Virus record (IMG/VR): IMGVR_UViG_2778261422_000003
Length of the DNA stretch: 49,269 bases
Source: a virus
Taxonomy: Duplodnaviria > Heunggongvirae > Uroviricota > Caudoviricetes
Strand: one strand, 5' to 3'
A model generated the notes under the pieces. That model saw only the letters and a program-made list of their open reading frames with translations. It was not told where the DNA came from and searched no databases. The position numbers were made by a program, and so were the translations under genes. Of this stretch, positions 26,598 to 37,177 are shown in pieces (positions within the stretch are counted from its first letter, which is position 1; each line of letters opens with the position of its first letter).

Positions 26598-26609
26598 AGG
26601 TCGCCGCCC
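26598..26609. other. cosN cohesive-end 12-mer (reverse complement of GGGCGGCGACCT)
   Basis: plus strand reads AGGTCGCCGCCC, flanked by lambda-like left-end and right-end sequence. Confidence 0.9.
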
Positions 26610-26808
26610 CGTAACCTGTCGGATCACCGGAAAGGACCCGTAAAGTGATAATGATTATCATCTACATATCACAACGTGCGTGGAGGCCATCAAACCACGT
26701 CAAATAATCAATTATGACGCAGGTATCGTATTAATTGATCTGCATCAACTTAACGTAAAAACAACTTCAGACAATACAAATCAGCGACACTGAATACAGG
26801 GCAACCTC

Positions 26809-27003
26809 ATGTCAACTAAGAACAGAACCCGCAGAACAACAACCCGCAACATCCGCTTTCCTAACCAAATGATTGAACAAATTAACATCGCTCTTGATCA
26901 AAAAGGGTCCGGGAATTTCTCAGCCTGGGTCATTGAAGCCTGCCGCCGGAGACTAACGTCAGAAAAGAGAGCATATACATCAATCCAGAGTGATGATGGA
27001 TGA
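26809..27003 (+). CDS. small hypothetical protein, possible ribbon-helix-helix fold, conserved near cos in lambdoid phages
   Basis: 64-aa ORF with basic N-terminus and MIEQINIALDQKGSGNFSAWVIEACRRRL segment; function unknown. Confidence 0.5.
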   Translation: MSTKNRTRRTTTRNIRFPNQMIEQINIALDQKGSGNFSAWVIEACRRRLTSEKRAYTSIQSDDG

Positions 27004-27253
27004 ACATCCCGGTTTCTTTACCTTCCCTCCCTCCCCGCACAGAACTGGCGAGCGTGAGGGACCAATATGTGAGCCATAAATGCCTTATCTTCAGAAATGC
27101 AGTTGGTATCCGAACAGGACGATATTGTAAATTCACCTAAATACGAGGCATTGCTGTAGTTGAATTGCAGTACTGTATTAGCCTGACAGTGACAGAATAC
27201 GATATTGACTCTGTCACTTGTGAAATGGTCAGAATGGTTAGCAGTTATGGTGA

Positions 27254-27460
27254 TCAGTCAACCAACAGGGAATAATCCTTCGTATTCTTATCGTGCTTTA
27301 CTAACGCGGCCTCAATTGCCCTGAATGCTTCCAGAGATACTTGATGTTCTATACATGCAATTACAACATCCGGGTAACCCATCGAAATGGTGCTATTAAG
27401 CATAGTTTTTACACGAACCTGCTCCTGGGAGGGGGCATCAATGTATTGATCTTTATGCAT
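27254..27460 (-). CDS. hypothetical moron protein
   Basis: 68-aa ORF in AT-rich DNA between cos and the gns-like gene; no recognisable motif. Confidence 0.4.
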   Translation of the reverse strand: MHKDQYIDAPSQEQVRVKTMLNSTISMGYPDVVIACIEHQVSLEAFRAIEAALVKHDKNTKDYSLLVD

Positions 27461-27755
27461 TTTGTCGCTCCATTCGTTTGCTCTTCACTTGCGGCTAAAA
27501 ATATAACGTCAAATCACTCAGCATGAAAGAGTGAAAGTTTCAGCGCGTTTCCCTTACATAATCTGTCGTTTGTATTCTCTTCAGGCATACCGGAAAGACT
27601 AGGTATTGTCACACAACCAATACCATCGACAATCGAGATTTATATCTATTCGGTAATGTTTAAATATAACAAAACCCCGTAAAAACGAGGTTTATGGGTA
27701 ATTTGTATTGTTGAATAGCATCTGATGAGAAATTGATGCTAATACTATAAACATG

Positions 27756-27929
27756 CTAGATTAAATCAATCTTGATATCATAGCTTTCAAGACCAGTCAT
27801 TTTTTCCCGTGCAGTAAACTGGATACTGGTAACTTCTTTCCCGGTCTTTTTCTTAAGCTCAATGATTTTTTTTGTTATATATTCAGAAATATCTGCTTCT
27901 GTTTTTGTTTTTAACTCTTCAATGTTCAT
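27756..27929 (-). CDS. gnsB: Gns-family protein (GnsA/GnsB-like)
   Basis: ORF 27756..28022; internal start MNIEELKTKTEADISEYITKKIIELKKKTGKEV...REKMTGLESYDIKI matches recalled GnsA/GnsB (about 57 aa). Confidence 0.75.
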   Translation of the reverse strand: MNIEELKTKTEADISEYITKKIIELKKKTGKEVTSIQFTAREKMTGLESYDIKIDLI

Positions 27930-28101
27930 CATTTCCTCTTTTAGTCTGTTATGACTGTCCTGGTACACAGTAGTGTCAATTATATGGAGCAAACGTATAA
28001 AAGATAAGATGAAACATCGCAATAATCAACATACGACGGTCTAAATTTCACACAAACAGATAAAAATGATTATCATTTATTATCAATGCATTAGAATCAA
28101 A

Positions 28102-28257
28102 TCAATTCAAGAGTCTCATTGCTGCTTCCAGAATTTCTTCTGAAGTTACATGTCGATCCGCTGCTACATAAATGACTTTATGATCTCCGGTCAGAGATGG
28201 AAACCCTGCAGCCATTACAGTGAGGTGTGTTGTTTCGCCATTTGGATATTCACGCAT
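28102..28257 (-). CDS. ynfN: small YnfN-like prophage protein
   Basis: ORF 28102..28293; internal start MREYPNG... gives 51 aa, the recalled length and position of Qin ynfN between gnsB and cspI. Confidence 0.45.
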   Translation of the reverse strand: MREYPNGETTHLTVMAAGFPSLTGDHKVIYVAADRHVTSEEILEAAMRLLN

Positions 28258-28602
28258 GATGGTGTTAACTCCGGTCATCACTGGCACTACCATTGCTGGT
28301 TCAGAGTTAAAAAAACTATTATTTTTTTCATAATGTTACCGTAATATGTGAGTATCCATCGACTAGACACTAAGCAAAAAAGCTCCCGAAGGAGCCTTCA
28401 TTTTCACTTTCTTAAATCTAACGACAGATGGCTAACATTTAAGTATTGTGAAATATTATCAAATGTAATCATCATTGATTTACAAAAGATACATTTTGCC
28501 CCGAAAGGATTTCTGTCAGAAACATCAAAAGATGATGTTCTATACTGAGAACCATGGCAACACGGGCATCTAAAGTGAATATGGTTTGTAATATTTTCTA
28601 CC

Positions 28603-28815
28603 TCAAAGTGCCACTACATGAACAGCTGCAGGGCCTTTAGGTCCGTTCTCAATACCAAATTCGACTTCCTGATTCTCAGTTAACGTTTTGAAATCGTTGC
28701 TCTGAATAGCTGAGAAATGCACAAACACATCTTTGCTACCATCTTTCGGCGTGATGAAACCAAAACCTTTTTCAGGGTTAAACCATTTCACTAAACCAGT
28801 CATTTTGTTAGACAT
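28603..28815 (-). CDS. cspI: cold-shock protein (CspA family)
   Basis: 70-aa product [38 protein letters not shown]... with RNP1/RNP2 motifs; matches recalled CspI. Confidence 0.85.
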   Translation of the reverse strand: MSNKMTGLVKWFNPEKGFGFITPKDGSKDVFVHFSAIQSNDFKTLTENQEVEFGIENGPKGPAAVHVVAL

Positions 28816-29151
28816 CATTATTACCTTTTGAAGAAGTTAGCCCTTGGGCAGAATGGTCCGAAAAAAAATATCAGAGAGAAAAACCAACAAGGAAATCTCA
28901 AGAGGTACAAAGAATAAAATTATAACAATGACTGCTTCAGATAATTTTGTAACAAACCAGAACACCATTAACGCATGATTAACCAACCATAGCAAGGATT
29001 ACTTTTGTAAAGAAAAACACACGAATGAAACAATAGCTTTATTTATTAATAAAACGTGTCATTCTGTCTAATGACCTTTTATCTTACCCTTAAGATTTCA
29101 AGGATTTTGACTCATGGAAGAGTCCTTTTTATTTAAATTTCACATTCAGCG

Positions 29152-30206
<1,055 letters not shown>

Positions 30207-30313
30207 GGATATTTATCAGGATTTATCGGCTTCAAATCCCCGGATATGTTAAATCTTACCTCACCAGTGATGGGCACTGGCGGGAGGAGGATGTCAATCT
30301 GATAAACACAGAG

Positions 30314-30580
30314 GTGACTATGGATTACACAAATCTACCAAAACAAACTTTTGCTGATTTAATCGCACTCAGGCAAGCAGTCGTAGCTCTAATCAACTTG
30401 TTGCCGGAGAAGGAAAAGGAATTAGTTAAAGCGCTTCTTAACAGAACTGCCGCCGATTTTTCATCATATCCACTGACAGATGACCTTGCGGACCTTCCTG
30501 AATTAATTGCAGCGTCCGCCATTAAGCTTACTGAAGAGATTTACCCTCCTCAAAAATCTTCACAAAATTCCTGCGAGTAA
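30314..30580 (+). CDS. hypothetical ORF on the opposite strand within the lysis cassette
   Basis: 88-aa ORF, convergent with and overlapping the 3' end of the 183-aa gene by 53 nt; no motif; coding status uncertain. Confidence 0.25.
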   Translation: MTMDYTNLPKQTFADLIALRQAVVALINLLPEKEKELVKALLNRTAADFSSYPLTDDLADLPELIAASAIKLTEEIYPPQKSSQNSCE

Positions 30581-31079
30581 CTTCAATGCAATAATCGTAA
30601 AACGCCGCAAACTGCTCATCGCGGCGTTTTTTTTCATCTTCAGAAGGAATCAGCACCGACAATTTTTTATTCAGATCAGCGACGCTGCCCTCCAGTTTTT
30701 CAATGGGCGATTCAATATCATCTTTTTCTGACCGCAATGCCGTCGGTGGCGTCTTCAGAGAACCAGTAATTCTTCCCGGTAGCTTTCCTTTGTAGGTTAT
30801 CCACACATTCTGCGCCTCTAAAATTATGGGGCGCTTTTCCGGCGACTGCTCATCCCCTTCACATAACCCGGCAGCAACATCCAGGAAGACCTGTCTGATG
30901 CTCATTCTGGCTGCTGCCTCATAAAACTCCAGCGCGGCACCTTCAACACGGTCCATGGCGACATCCAGGTCAAAAATTTCACCGTCAAAGCGTTCTTTGT
31001 CCTGTAAGGCTACAGTTACCGTAACTTTATTCTCAAAATTACGGACTCCTTTCACAACCAGTTCATAGTCTTGAGTCAT
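30528..31079 (-). CDS. hypothetical protein inserted between holin and endolysin (YdfR-position gene)
   Basis: 183-aa ORF starting 5 nt downstream of the holin stop; K-12 Qin has ydfR at this position by recall; family assignment not verified. Confidence 0.6.
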   Translation of the reverse strand: MTQDYELVVKGVRNFENKVTVTVALQDKERFDGEIFDLDVAMDRVEGAALEFYEAAARMSIRQVFLDVAAGLCEGDEQSPEKRPIILEAQNVWITYKGKLPGRITGSLKTPPTALRSEKDDIESPIEKLEGSVADLNKKLSVLIPSEDEKKRRDEQFAAFYDYCIEVTRRNFVKIFEEGKSLQ

Positions 31080-31083
31080 TGGA

Positions 31084-31299
31084 TTACTCTCCTCTCGCAG
31101 CCTTACGCCTGTCTTCTTTAATCTTGAAATAAAGATTTGTCAGATACGTCAGCAGGCCAAAAACCAGGCTACCCAGCACACCGATTGCAGCCCACTGTGA
31201 CGGAGTTACTTTATCGAGTAACTGCAATGCCCAGAAACCAGCATTACCCGCCGATGTGCCATAGGCAACACCTGTTGTTAACTTATCCATTGATTTCAT
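31084..31299 (-). CDS. essQ: pinholin (S21-type class II holin) with dual-start motif
   Basis: ORF 31084..31374; 71-aa product [71 protein letters not shown] with two TM helices and Met1/Met4 dual start; recalled match to S21/EssQ. Confidence 0.85.
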   Translation of the reverse strand: MKSMDKLTTGVAYGTSAGNAGFWALQLLDKVTPSQWAAIGVLGSLVFGLLTYLTNLYFKIKEDRRKAARGE

Positions 31300-31518
31300 A
31301 TCCTCACCCCGATGTACACGGATGGTGCAATATGTTTGAAAAGATCGGAGTCTACGGGGTAGTTTTGACAGCACACGCTGTTCTCAACGGCGCTAAAGAA
31401 ACATACACATTAAAAATGTGAGTAATTATTTTGAAAGAAAGTCATATATAAAATAATAATACGAGAAATGTTTTCATATTTAGTGTACTGTATACGGCCA
31501 TTTATACAGGAAAAGCCT

Positions 31519-31689
31519 ATGTCAGAACGTAAAGACTCAAAATCACGCCGTAATTATCTCGTTAAATGTTCCTGCCCAAACTGCACCCAAGAGTCAGAAC
31601 ACAGTTTTTCAAGAGTACAAAAAGGTGCCCTTTTGATCTGCCCTCATTGCAACAAAGTATTCCAGACAAATCTTAAAGCTGTAGCCTGA
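31519..31689 (+). CDS. small zinc-ribbon protein, hypothetical
   Basis: ORF 31468..31689; ATG at 31519 after a cagga RBS; paired CxxC motifs (CSCPNC ... CPHC). Confidence 0.45.
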   Translation: MSERKDSKSRRNYLVKCSCPNCTQESEHSFSRVQKGALLICPHCNKVFQTNLKAVA

Positions 31690-31744
31690 TTGATTTTATT
31701 AGTAACAAGTATTTTTTATATTTTAATAATATATTTAAAGCAGA

Positions 31745-31770
31745 TAATAAAAAACCCGCCTGAGCGGGTT
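31745..31770 (-). terminator. intrinsic terminator (possibly bidirectional)
   Basis: perfect hairpin aacccgc-ctga-gcgggtt at 31753..31770; T run follows on the minus strand, A run precedes on the plus strand. Confidence 0.6.
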
Positions 31771-32052
31771 TGAGATTGTGGTGCTTTTTGTGGGAGTCAT
31801 CCACTTACGCACTTTGTTTTGCCATGCCAGCAGTTAGCTTCTGCTGTAAAACTATTCATGCAGCAAACCTGCACTTCACCACAATGGTTAGCATACTTTT
31901 CCTGATTAAGATTTTGCCAAATATGCTGGCCATTGTTTCATGTATTGGACCTCCTTAATTTTTATTAAAGAAATCCAATATTCACTACTCTGTCCGTATC
32001 TCTACTCAGGCATCAGCCTTCTTCGTTATCGTATACAGACGAGCGATGAATT

Positions 32053-32268
32053 TTAATCAGTAATGATGACATTTGCTGCTGCAGGACCTTTAGCACCACT
32101 CTCTATAGAGAAGGTAACCTTTTGACCTTCAAATAAGGTTCGATAATTATCATTCTGAATCGCAGAAAAATGCACAAACACATCTTTACTACCATCAACA
32201 GGAGAAATAAAGCCGAAACCTTTATCAGCGTTAAACCATTTTACTAAACCAGTCATTTTATTTGACAT
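32053..32268 (-). CDS. cspB: cold-shock protein (CspA family)
   Basis: 71-aa [54 protein letters not shown]...; recalled match to CspB. Confidence 0.85.
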   Translation of the reverse strand: MSNKMTGLVKWFNADKGFGFISPVDGSKDVFVHFSAIQNDNYRTLFEGQKVTFSIESGAKGPAAANVIITD

Positions 32269-32568
32269 TCTACATTCCTTAACTTGAGCCTTTCGGCATA
32301 AATGGTTTGCATAACAGAAACGACTTCGTACTTAATTGGAGAGACTCAAAGAAGGAATAAGTGAATAACACCTGAAATGAGAACTGCTTTAGTAAACTAC
32401 TTCGTATATCGTCTGTTCTTCAAACCGACGCAATCATTAACGCATAGTTGAACATATGAAGCAATGTTTATTTTAGACATCCAGCCATCTTCAACCCCAT
32501 CAAAAAACTATAGCTTTCTTCAGGAACGTGTGTATAGTGCGCCAAGTTATCAGTATTAAGGAATTTTT

Positions 32569-32781
32569 TTGTCCCGTAAAATGACAGGAATTGTCAAAAC
32601 CTTTGACGGCAAAAGCGGCAAGGGTCTTATCACCCCATCCGATGGTCGTATCGATGTCCAGCTTCATGTTTCAGCGCTCAATCTCCGCGATGCAGAAGAA
32701 ATTACCACCGGATTACGCGTGGAATTTTGCCGGATAAATGGTCTGCGTGGCCCTTCAGCTGCCAATGTTTACCTTTCATGA
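32569..32781 (+). CDS. cspF: cold-shock-domain protein (CspF/CspH-like)
   Basis: 70-aa [34 protein letters not shown]...[15 protein letters not shown]; recalled match to CspF. Confidence 0.8.
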
Positions 32782-33074
32782 GCTATATTAAAGCTTTAAT
32801 TTCAGGCCCCATCGGATCACACATGGAGAGTTTTTATGAATAACCCCGTCTGTCTTGATGACTGGTTGATTGGCTTTAAAAGCTTATGCTGTACTTTGGC
32901 CGTAATAGCTCTGCTAATAATATAATAAGCAGACTCATTGTGTTTAGGGACATTGTACTGGAAGAAAACATTTTAAACATCAGGCAAATAACCAAGTCAC
33001 CAGCTAAATAATAAGTTAACAGACATGAGTCCCGGGATGAGATTCAACATTACCATTGCCCCATTTAAAGCACA

Positions 33075-33096
33075 AAACCCGCTCATCAGCGGGTTT
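33075..33096. terminator. bidirectional intrinsic terminator between cspF and Q
   Basis: hairpin aaacccgc-tcatca-gcgggttt with T-rich flanks on both strands. Confidence 0.6.
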
Positions 33097-33202
33097 TCTA
33101 CTTTTTCTTAACGTCGGGTATACAAAGCCCATCGTTGAAAAAATTTTATCCATATTTTTTGAAAAATGCAAACATCATGTCGCCATCTTCAGCAAAAATC
33201 AT

Positions 33203-33955
33203 TTATCTCGTCACCTTCCTCAATTGCGCTTCCGCGTATGCTTCTTCCTGCCAGCACTTTGTTACCAGTTTACCAATGACGTCCGCATACCCCTTATACC
33301 ACTGATAATCGGTCAGGTCTGGTACCAGCTTCTGGACATGACGTCGTGCCAGCGTGGTCGGTAAACGACTAAACCGGTTTCCATTACAACGCCCACAAAT
33401 CTTATATACCGGTACGCCATGAAACCGGGTTCTTTTTTCATCCAGAACAATCCCTTTACCCTTACACCCTCTGCACGCTGTGCTGGCTTCGCCCTTACCA
33501 TGGCAATGCTGACATAGTTCCTTCACCCATTCTTCCTTGATTACAGATTCCCCGCGTCTGTAGTGTTTCACCACTTCGCGCAATACATTATAAAATCCCG
33601 TACCTGAACAATGCTCACAGCGAGCCTTACTTGCCGCAGACCTGGAGTAATCAGCAAAGGCAAAACTCACGAGGTAAGGAATAATCTGTAACCGGATTTC
33701 TTCACTCAATTTGTTCAATGTCGGGTTATCCAGTGCCATCGCGTAATTTAGCAGGCCTTCAATCGCAAACTGAGGGTCCTGAACACCAACTTTTGCCAGA
33801 AATAAGGCCAACCCAAGTGGTGCTTTCGACTGCACCATCCCCTGCGCTGCCATTACATCCGTAATTGTTAAACAACCGGTGCCTGTCGCTGGAGCGTCAT
33901 CGCTCAATTTTGGAGATTTTGGGGAGTAATATTTTGGTAAGGCTTCAAGGTTCAT
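33203..33955 (-). CDS. quuQ: late-gene antiterminator Q (phage-21/82 type)
   Basis: ORF 33203..33985; start MNLEALPKYYSPKSPKL...; Cys-rich zinc-binding region (CEHCSGTG, CQHCHGKG, CRGCKGKG); located upstream of the lysis genes. Confidence 0.85.
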   Translation of the reverse strand: MNLEALPKYYSPKSPKLSDDAPATGTGCLTITDVMAAQGMVQSKAPLGLALFLAKVGVQDPQFAIEGLLNYAMALDNPTLNKLSEEIRLQIIPYLVSFAFADYSRSAASKARCEHCSGTGFYNVLREVVKHYRRGESVIKEEWVKELCQHCHGKGEASTACRGCKGKGIVLDEKRTRFHGVPVYKICGRCNGNRFSRLPTTLARRHVQKLVPDLTDYQWYKGYADVIGKLVTKCWQEEAYAEAQLRKVTR

Positions 33956-33968
33956 GCTCGTTCTCCAC

Positions 33969-34895
33969 TTACGCCAGTACGCCAATTGCCAGCGCGCGAT
34001 CGATAAAACGAAATATCAGCTCCAGTTGGGAGCCATACTTCTCTTCAAATGCCACTGTATCCGTATGCAGCTCGTTGTGATGCTTTCTGCACAAAGGCAA
34101 CACAAAGAGATCATGTGCTTTTGTTCCCATTCCGCCCTGCCCGTGACCAATCAGATGATGCGGATCGTCGGCTGGCATACCGCAGCAAGCACACGGCTGT
34201 GTCTTAACCCAATGTGTGTATTTCTCCTTAACCCAGCGGCGACGTTTAGGCAGCTTCATGAAAGATTCCGGAGACTCTGGATCAACGGTGATGCTTACCA
34301 CCGTCTTTTCCTGTGGTGATTTTTGTTGCTGGTGGGCGTAAGGCAACGGTGCAAGATTTTTTGTGCGTTGTTTCAATATGCTGGTGGCGGTCTGCTCTCC
34401 CGGTACGATGTCGCTTTCGCGGTACACCGAGCAGATTTTTTCCGCTGGTAATCCCAGCGAACGACGCGATACAGCCTCAGGTAGTGCATCCACCACCTGA
34501 TTGCAGACCGCCCACCAGGATAATTCAGCCAAAGATAATTCCCGCTCCTGCGTACCGCTTATTGCGTGACGGATGACGTCAATCACCCATGCTGTCAGAT
34601 TTTGTTGAGCAAGCAGCTCCAGTGATTCCGATGTCTGGTCACGCAGTTGGTTGTCGCAGTGCCAGCACAACACCATTGCGCCGGTACCATAACGGTGAAT
34701 GACTGTTTCAGTGTGATGGTAATCGCCATTAGGCCACTGGCAGGATGTAACATGACGTAATAGCCAGTCGGACAATGCGCCAACGCCGCCAGCAGCACGA
34801 ATCACCCGTTCGTTACTAAAAAACGGCAGCAATGTTTTGTCTTCCGCCAGCGGCTGGCGAACGGCAGGAACGACTCCGGATGGCAGATTACGCAT
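33969..34895 (-). CDS. ydfU: DUF968-family prophage protein (YdfU-like)
   Basis: ORF 33969..35057; Cys/His-rich C-terminus (CACCGMPADDPHHLIGHGQGGMGTKAHD...CRKHHNELH); Qin ydfU position; true start uncertain, internal Met at 34895 proposed. Confidence 0.65.
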   Translation of the reverse strand: MRNLPSGVVPAVRQPLAEDKTLLPFFSNERVIRAAGGVGALSDWLLRHVTSCQWPNGDYHHTETVIHRYGTGAMVLCWHCDNQLRDQTSESLELLAQQNLTAWVIDVIRHAISGTQERELSLAELSWWAVCNQVVDALPEAVSRRSLGLPAEKICSVYRESDIVPGEQTATSILKQRTKNLAPLPYAHQQQKSPQEKTVVSITVDPESPESFMKLPKRRRWVKEKYTHWVKTQPCACCGMPADDPHHLIGHGQGGMGTKAHDLFVLPLCRKHHNELHTDTVAFEEKYGSQLELIFRFIDRALAIGVLA

Positions 34896-35019
34896 GCTTT
34901 TTGGTTCCGGTTCCACCAGCACTCGAGGATTATGAAATATCTGTATGGATTCACGGCCCGGCTTAAGGACCACCAGCCCAAGCTCAGGCACCAGAACAGG
35001 TCTAAGTAATACCCGCACG

Positions 35020-35298
35020 TTACCTCCAGATCCGTTGCTGGAAAGTGCGGGACGCACGTGGTGGGCGTTCGGAATAAGGCAGCCTGACAGAGATTATCCA
35101 GTGCCGATAGTCGAGACTGAGAGCTTTCTTAACCTCGAACCCGCGCCTGCGGTAAGAATGAATCAGCCATTCGGCCTGTTCTGCAGTGCATGGAGGGTGC
35201 TGGAACCATTCAGACTTGAATGCGTGAGAATACCGCCCGTGCGTGCAGGCAAGAACGGGCGAATTATCAGAATTGTAATATTTTGCGTTGCGTGCCAT
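35020..35298 (-). CDS. hypothetical protein
   Basis: 92-aa ORF between rem and the DUF968 gene; no recognised motif. Confidence 0.35.
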   Translation of the reverse strand: MARNAKYYNSDNSPVLACTHGRYSHAFKSEWFQHPPCTAEQAEWLIHSYRRRGFEVKKALSLDYRHWIISVRLPYSERPPRASRTFQQRIWR

Positions 35299-35364
35299 CG
35301 GTTTTCTCCGGTGGCACGGTGTTACTCAGCGGGAGTTCAGCCCCGCGCAAGATTGTAGATGAGT

Positions 35365-35616
35365 TTATTCTCCTGAAAAAGCAGAAAAGCCAGCTTTTAT
35401 TCCGATCTCTTTCAATGCCTGTAATGAAGTGACAAACTCACCTTCGCGCAAGATAAATCCGTCCGTGACCCGAGCATCCACAAAATTAATTAACGCAGCC
35501 CCATTCTTTCGCAAACACATAATGCGGTAATGACTAACAAGATTTCCATTTTCAACGCACACAGCATAGAGGCCATCTTCACAAAAAATTTTACGCAGTT
35601 CTTCGATGTTCATCAT
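35365..35616 (-). CDS. rem: Rem-like small prophage protein
   Basis: 83-aa ORF MMNIEELRKIFCEDGLYAVCVENGNLVSHYRIMCLRKNGAALINF...; recalled match to Qin Rem. Confidence 0.7.
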   Translation of the reverse strand: MMNIEELRKIFCEDGLYAVCVENGNLVSHYRIMCLRKNGAALINFVDARVTDGFILREGEFVTSLQALKEIGIKAGFSAFSGE

Positions 35617-35746
35617 CAGAATCCTTCCGGATAATTAGCTCTCCCCTTTAAGGGACCATCCCTCTTATCCCTGCGCGCTACTTAAGTATTTTTGATTCTA
35701 TTCCGGCACCGTCCAGAACTTCAAACGCGTTGAAAATAAAAACAAA

Positions 35747-35764
35747 AACCCGCCGAAGCGGGTT
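35747..35764 (-). terminator. intrinsic terminator downstream of hok
   Basis: hairpin aacccgc-cgaa-gcgggtt; on the minus strand followed by a T-rich run (ttttgtttttatttt). Confidence 0.65.
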
Positions 35765-35832
35765 AAGTGCGGGTGCGTTGAGGATGCCTGCCACATCAGA
35801 GGTGGCGAGGGATTTCTCCCTCGCCGGGTCTC

Positions 35833-35988
35833 TTACTCCTCAGGTTCGTAAGCTGTGAAGACAGCGACCTCCGTCTGGCCGGTTCGGATTCGTACCTCGC
35901 AGAGGTCTTGCCTCGTTACCAGTGCCGTCACTATGACGGTTAAACAGATGACGATCAGGGCGATTAACATCGCCTTTTGCTGCTTCAT
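35833..35988 (-). CDS. hokD: Hok-family type I toxin
   Basis: ORF 35833..36045; internal start MKQQKAMLIALIVICLTVIVTALVTRQDLCEVRIRTGQTEVAVFTAYEPEE (51 aa) matches the Hok/RelF family; structured leader with 9-bp inverted repeat about 36105..36145. Confidence 0.85.
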   Translation of the reverse strand: MKQQKAMLIALIVICLTVIVTALVTRQDLCEVRIRTGQTEVAVFTAYEPEE

Positions 35989-37177
35989 AGCCTGCTTCTC
36001 CTTGCCTTCCGGCACGTAAGAGGCTAACCTACATGTGTCTAGCATGAAATTGGCCTCAGATTAATGTTAAGCGTCTTGCAGGACGCGTAATGTTAACTGG
36101 GGCTTTTCTCTATCTGCCTTTGGTGTTCACGCCCGAGGCAGATAGCCTCAAGCACCCGCAGGCATTCTACTTAACTCCCGTTACCTCGCCAATATGCAAT
36201 CAGTCAGAAAGGCGATCCATAAGAACAATGGCAAGAAAATAAATCGCCATTACAGCCGCAATAGCCAACGCACATTTGAGAACCAGCACCACAACCTCCT
36301 GTATTGGACGTACACCAGTCCTGATAAATATGAGGCTGTCTCGTCAGTGATTCAATGCAACTATTAGATATAGTTTCTCTGTTTTTTCTATGGAAATGGG
36401 ACACAACAACCTGTCGCAACCAACGCTTCTTTAAACAGACTAAATCAGGCGCAAGTCAACATTTTGTACAAGCAGAACGTAACCTGTTCTAACAGAACTC
36501 TTTGAATGAACAGCAATGATTACGCTCACAACGACTGATTGTTATTTGATATAATCCCCTGTACTCCTACGGCTATGCACGTTCAACTCCAGCGTTACAT
36601 TCGGTACCGGATAGTAATTCCATTCTCGGACATGGTATGAACGTAACCGGGTTGCCTCGACGTCCGAACGATTGCCTTAGTACGATGTGTTTTATATTTT
36701 TGCCTAACATCTGCTGGAAAGTTTCACCAATCACCATTTTATCCCAGCTTTCAAAGGATTTCTGGAACCAGAATAATTTTCTGGCGCAGGAATCTTCTTC
36801 ATTTATTACATCCTCCACCAGTAAAGTTATCAATGATTCAACTTAACATACGGTAATGATATCCACTTTAGTTCTACACACTTTAGAGATTTTCATTTTT
36901 TCTATCATCAGTCAGTACTCTTCTGAGTGACCGGCTATTCAGGTATTCATAAAGTCGCTCGCTGTTGTATTGGCAACTTCTGGATCTGGGACTAAGCAAA
37001 CCACTAAGTTGGAAAATGTCCGCTGTGAGCGAGCAGTGGTCATTGCTTACAGCATTCTATGTGAATTAACAGTGGACTAGGCACAATGAACACCTGAGGG
37101 ATCACATTTCATAGGTGACAGTTAAACGCGCTATAAGCAGTCCTTAACAAGAAGGACTGTTATCTGAACTGCCTTGA

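Noticed and set aside
36204-36833. ORFs 36204..36419 (Cys/Gly-rich 71 aa) and 36573..36833 (86 aa) between hok and the cargo island
   Set aside because: No RBS-like context or recognisable motif; the first overlaps the structured hok leader region; more likely non-coding remnant sequence, though a small gene or sRNA cannot be excluded.
37138-37163. Hairpin cagtcctt-aacaag-aaggactg immediately downstream of the 318-aa cargo gene
   Set aside because: A plausible operon terminator, but it lacks a following U tract, so it is not called as a feature.
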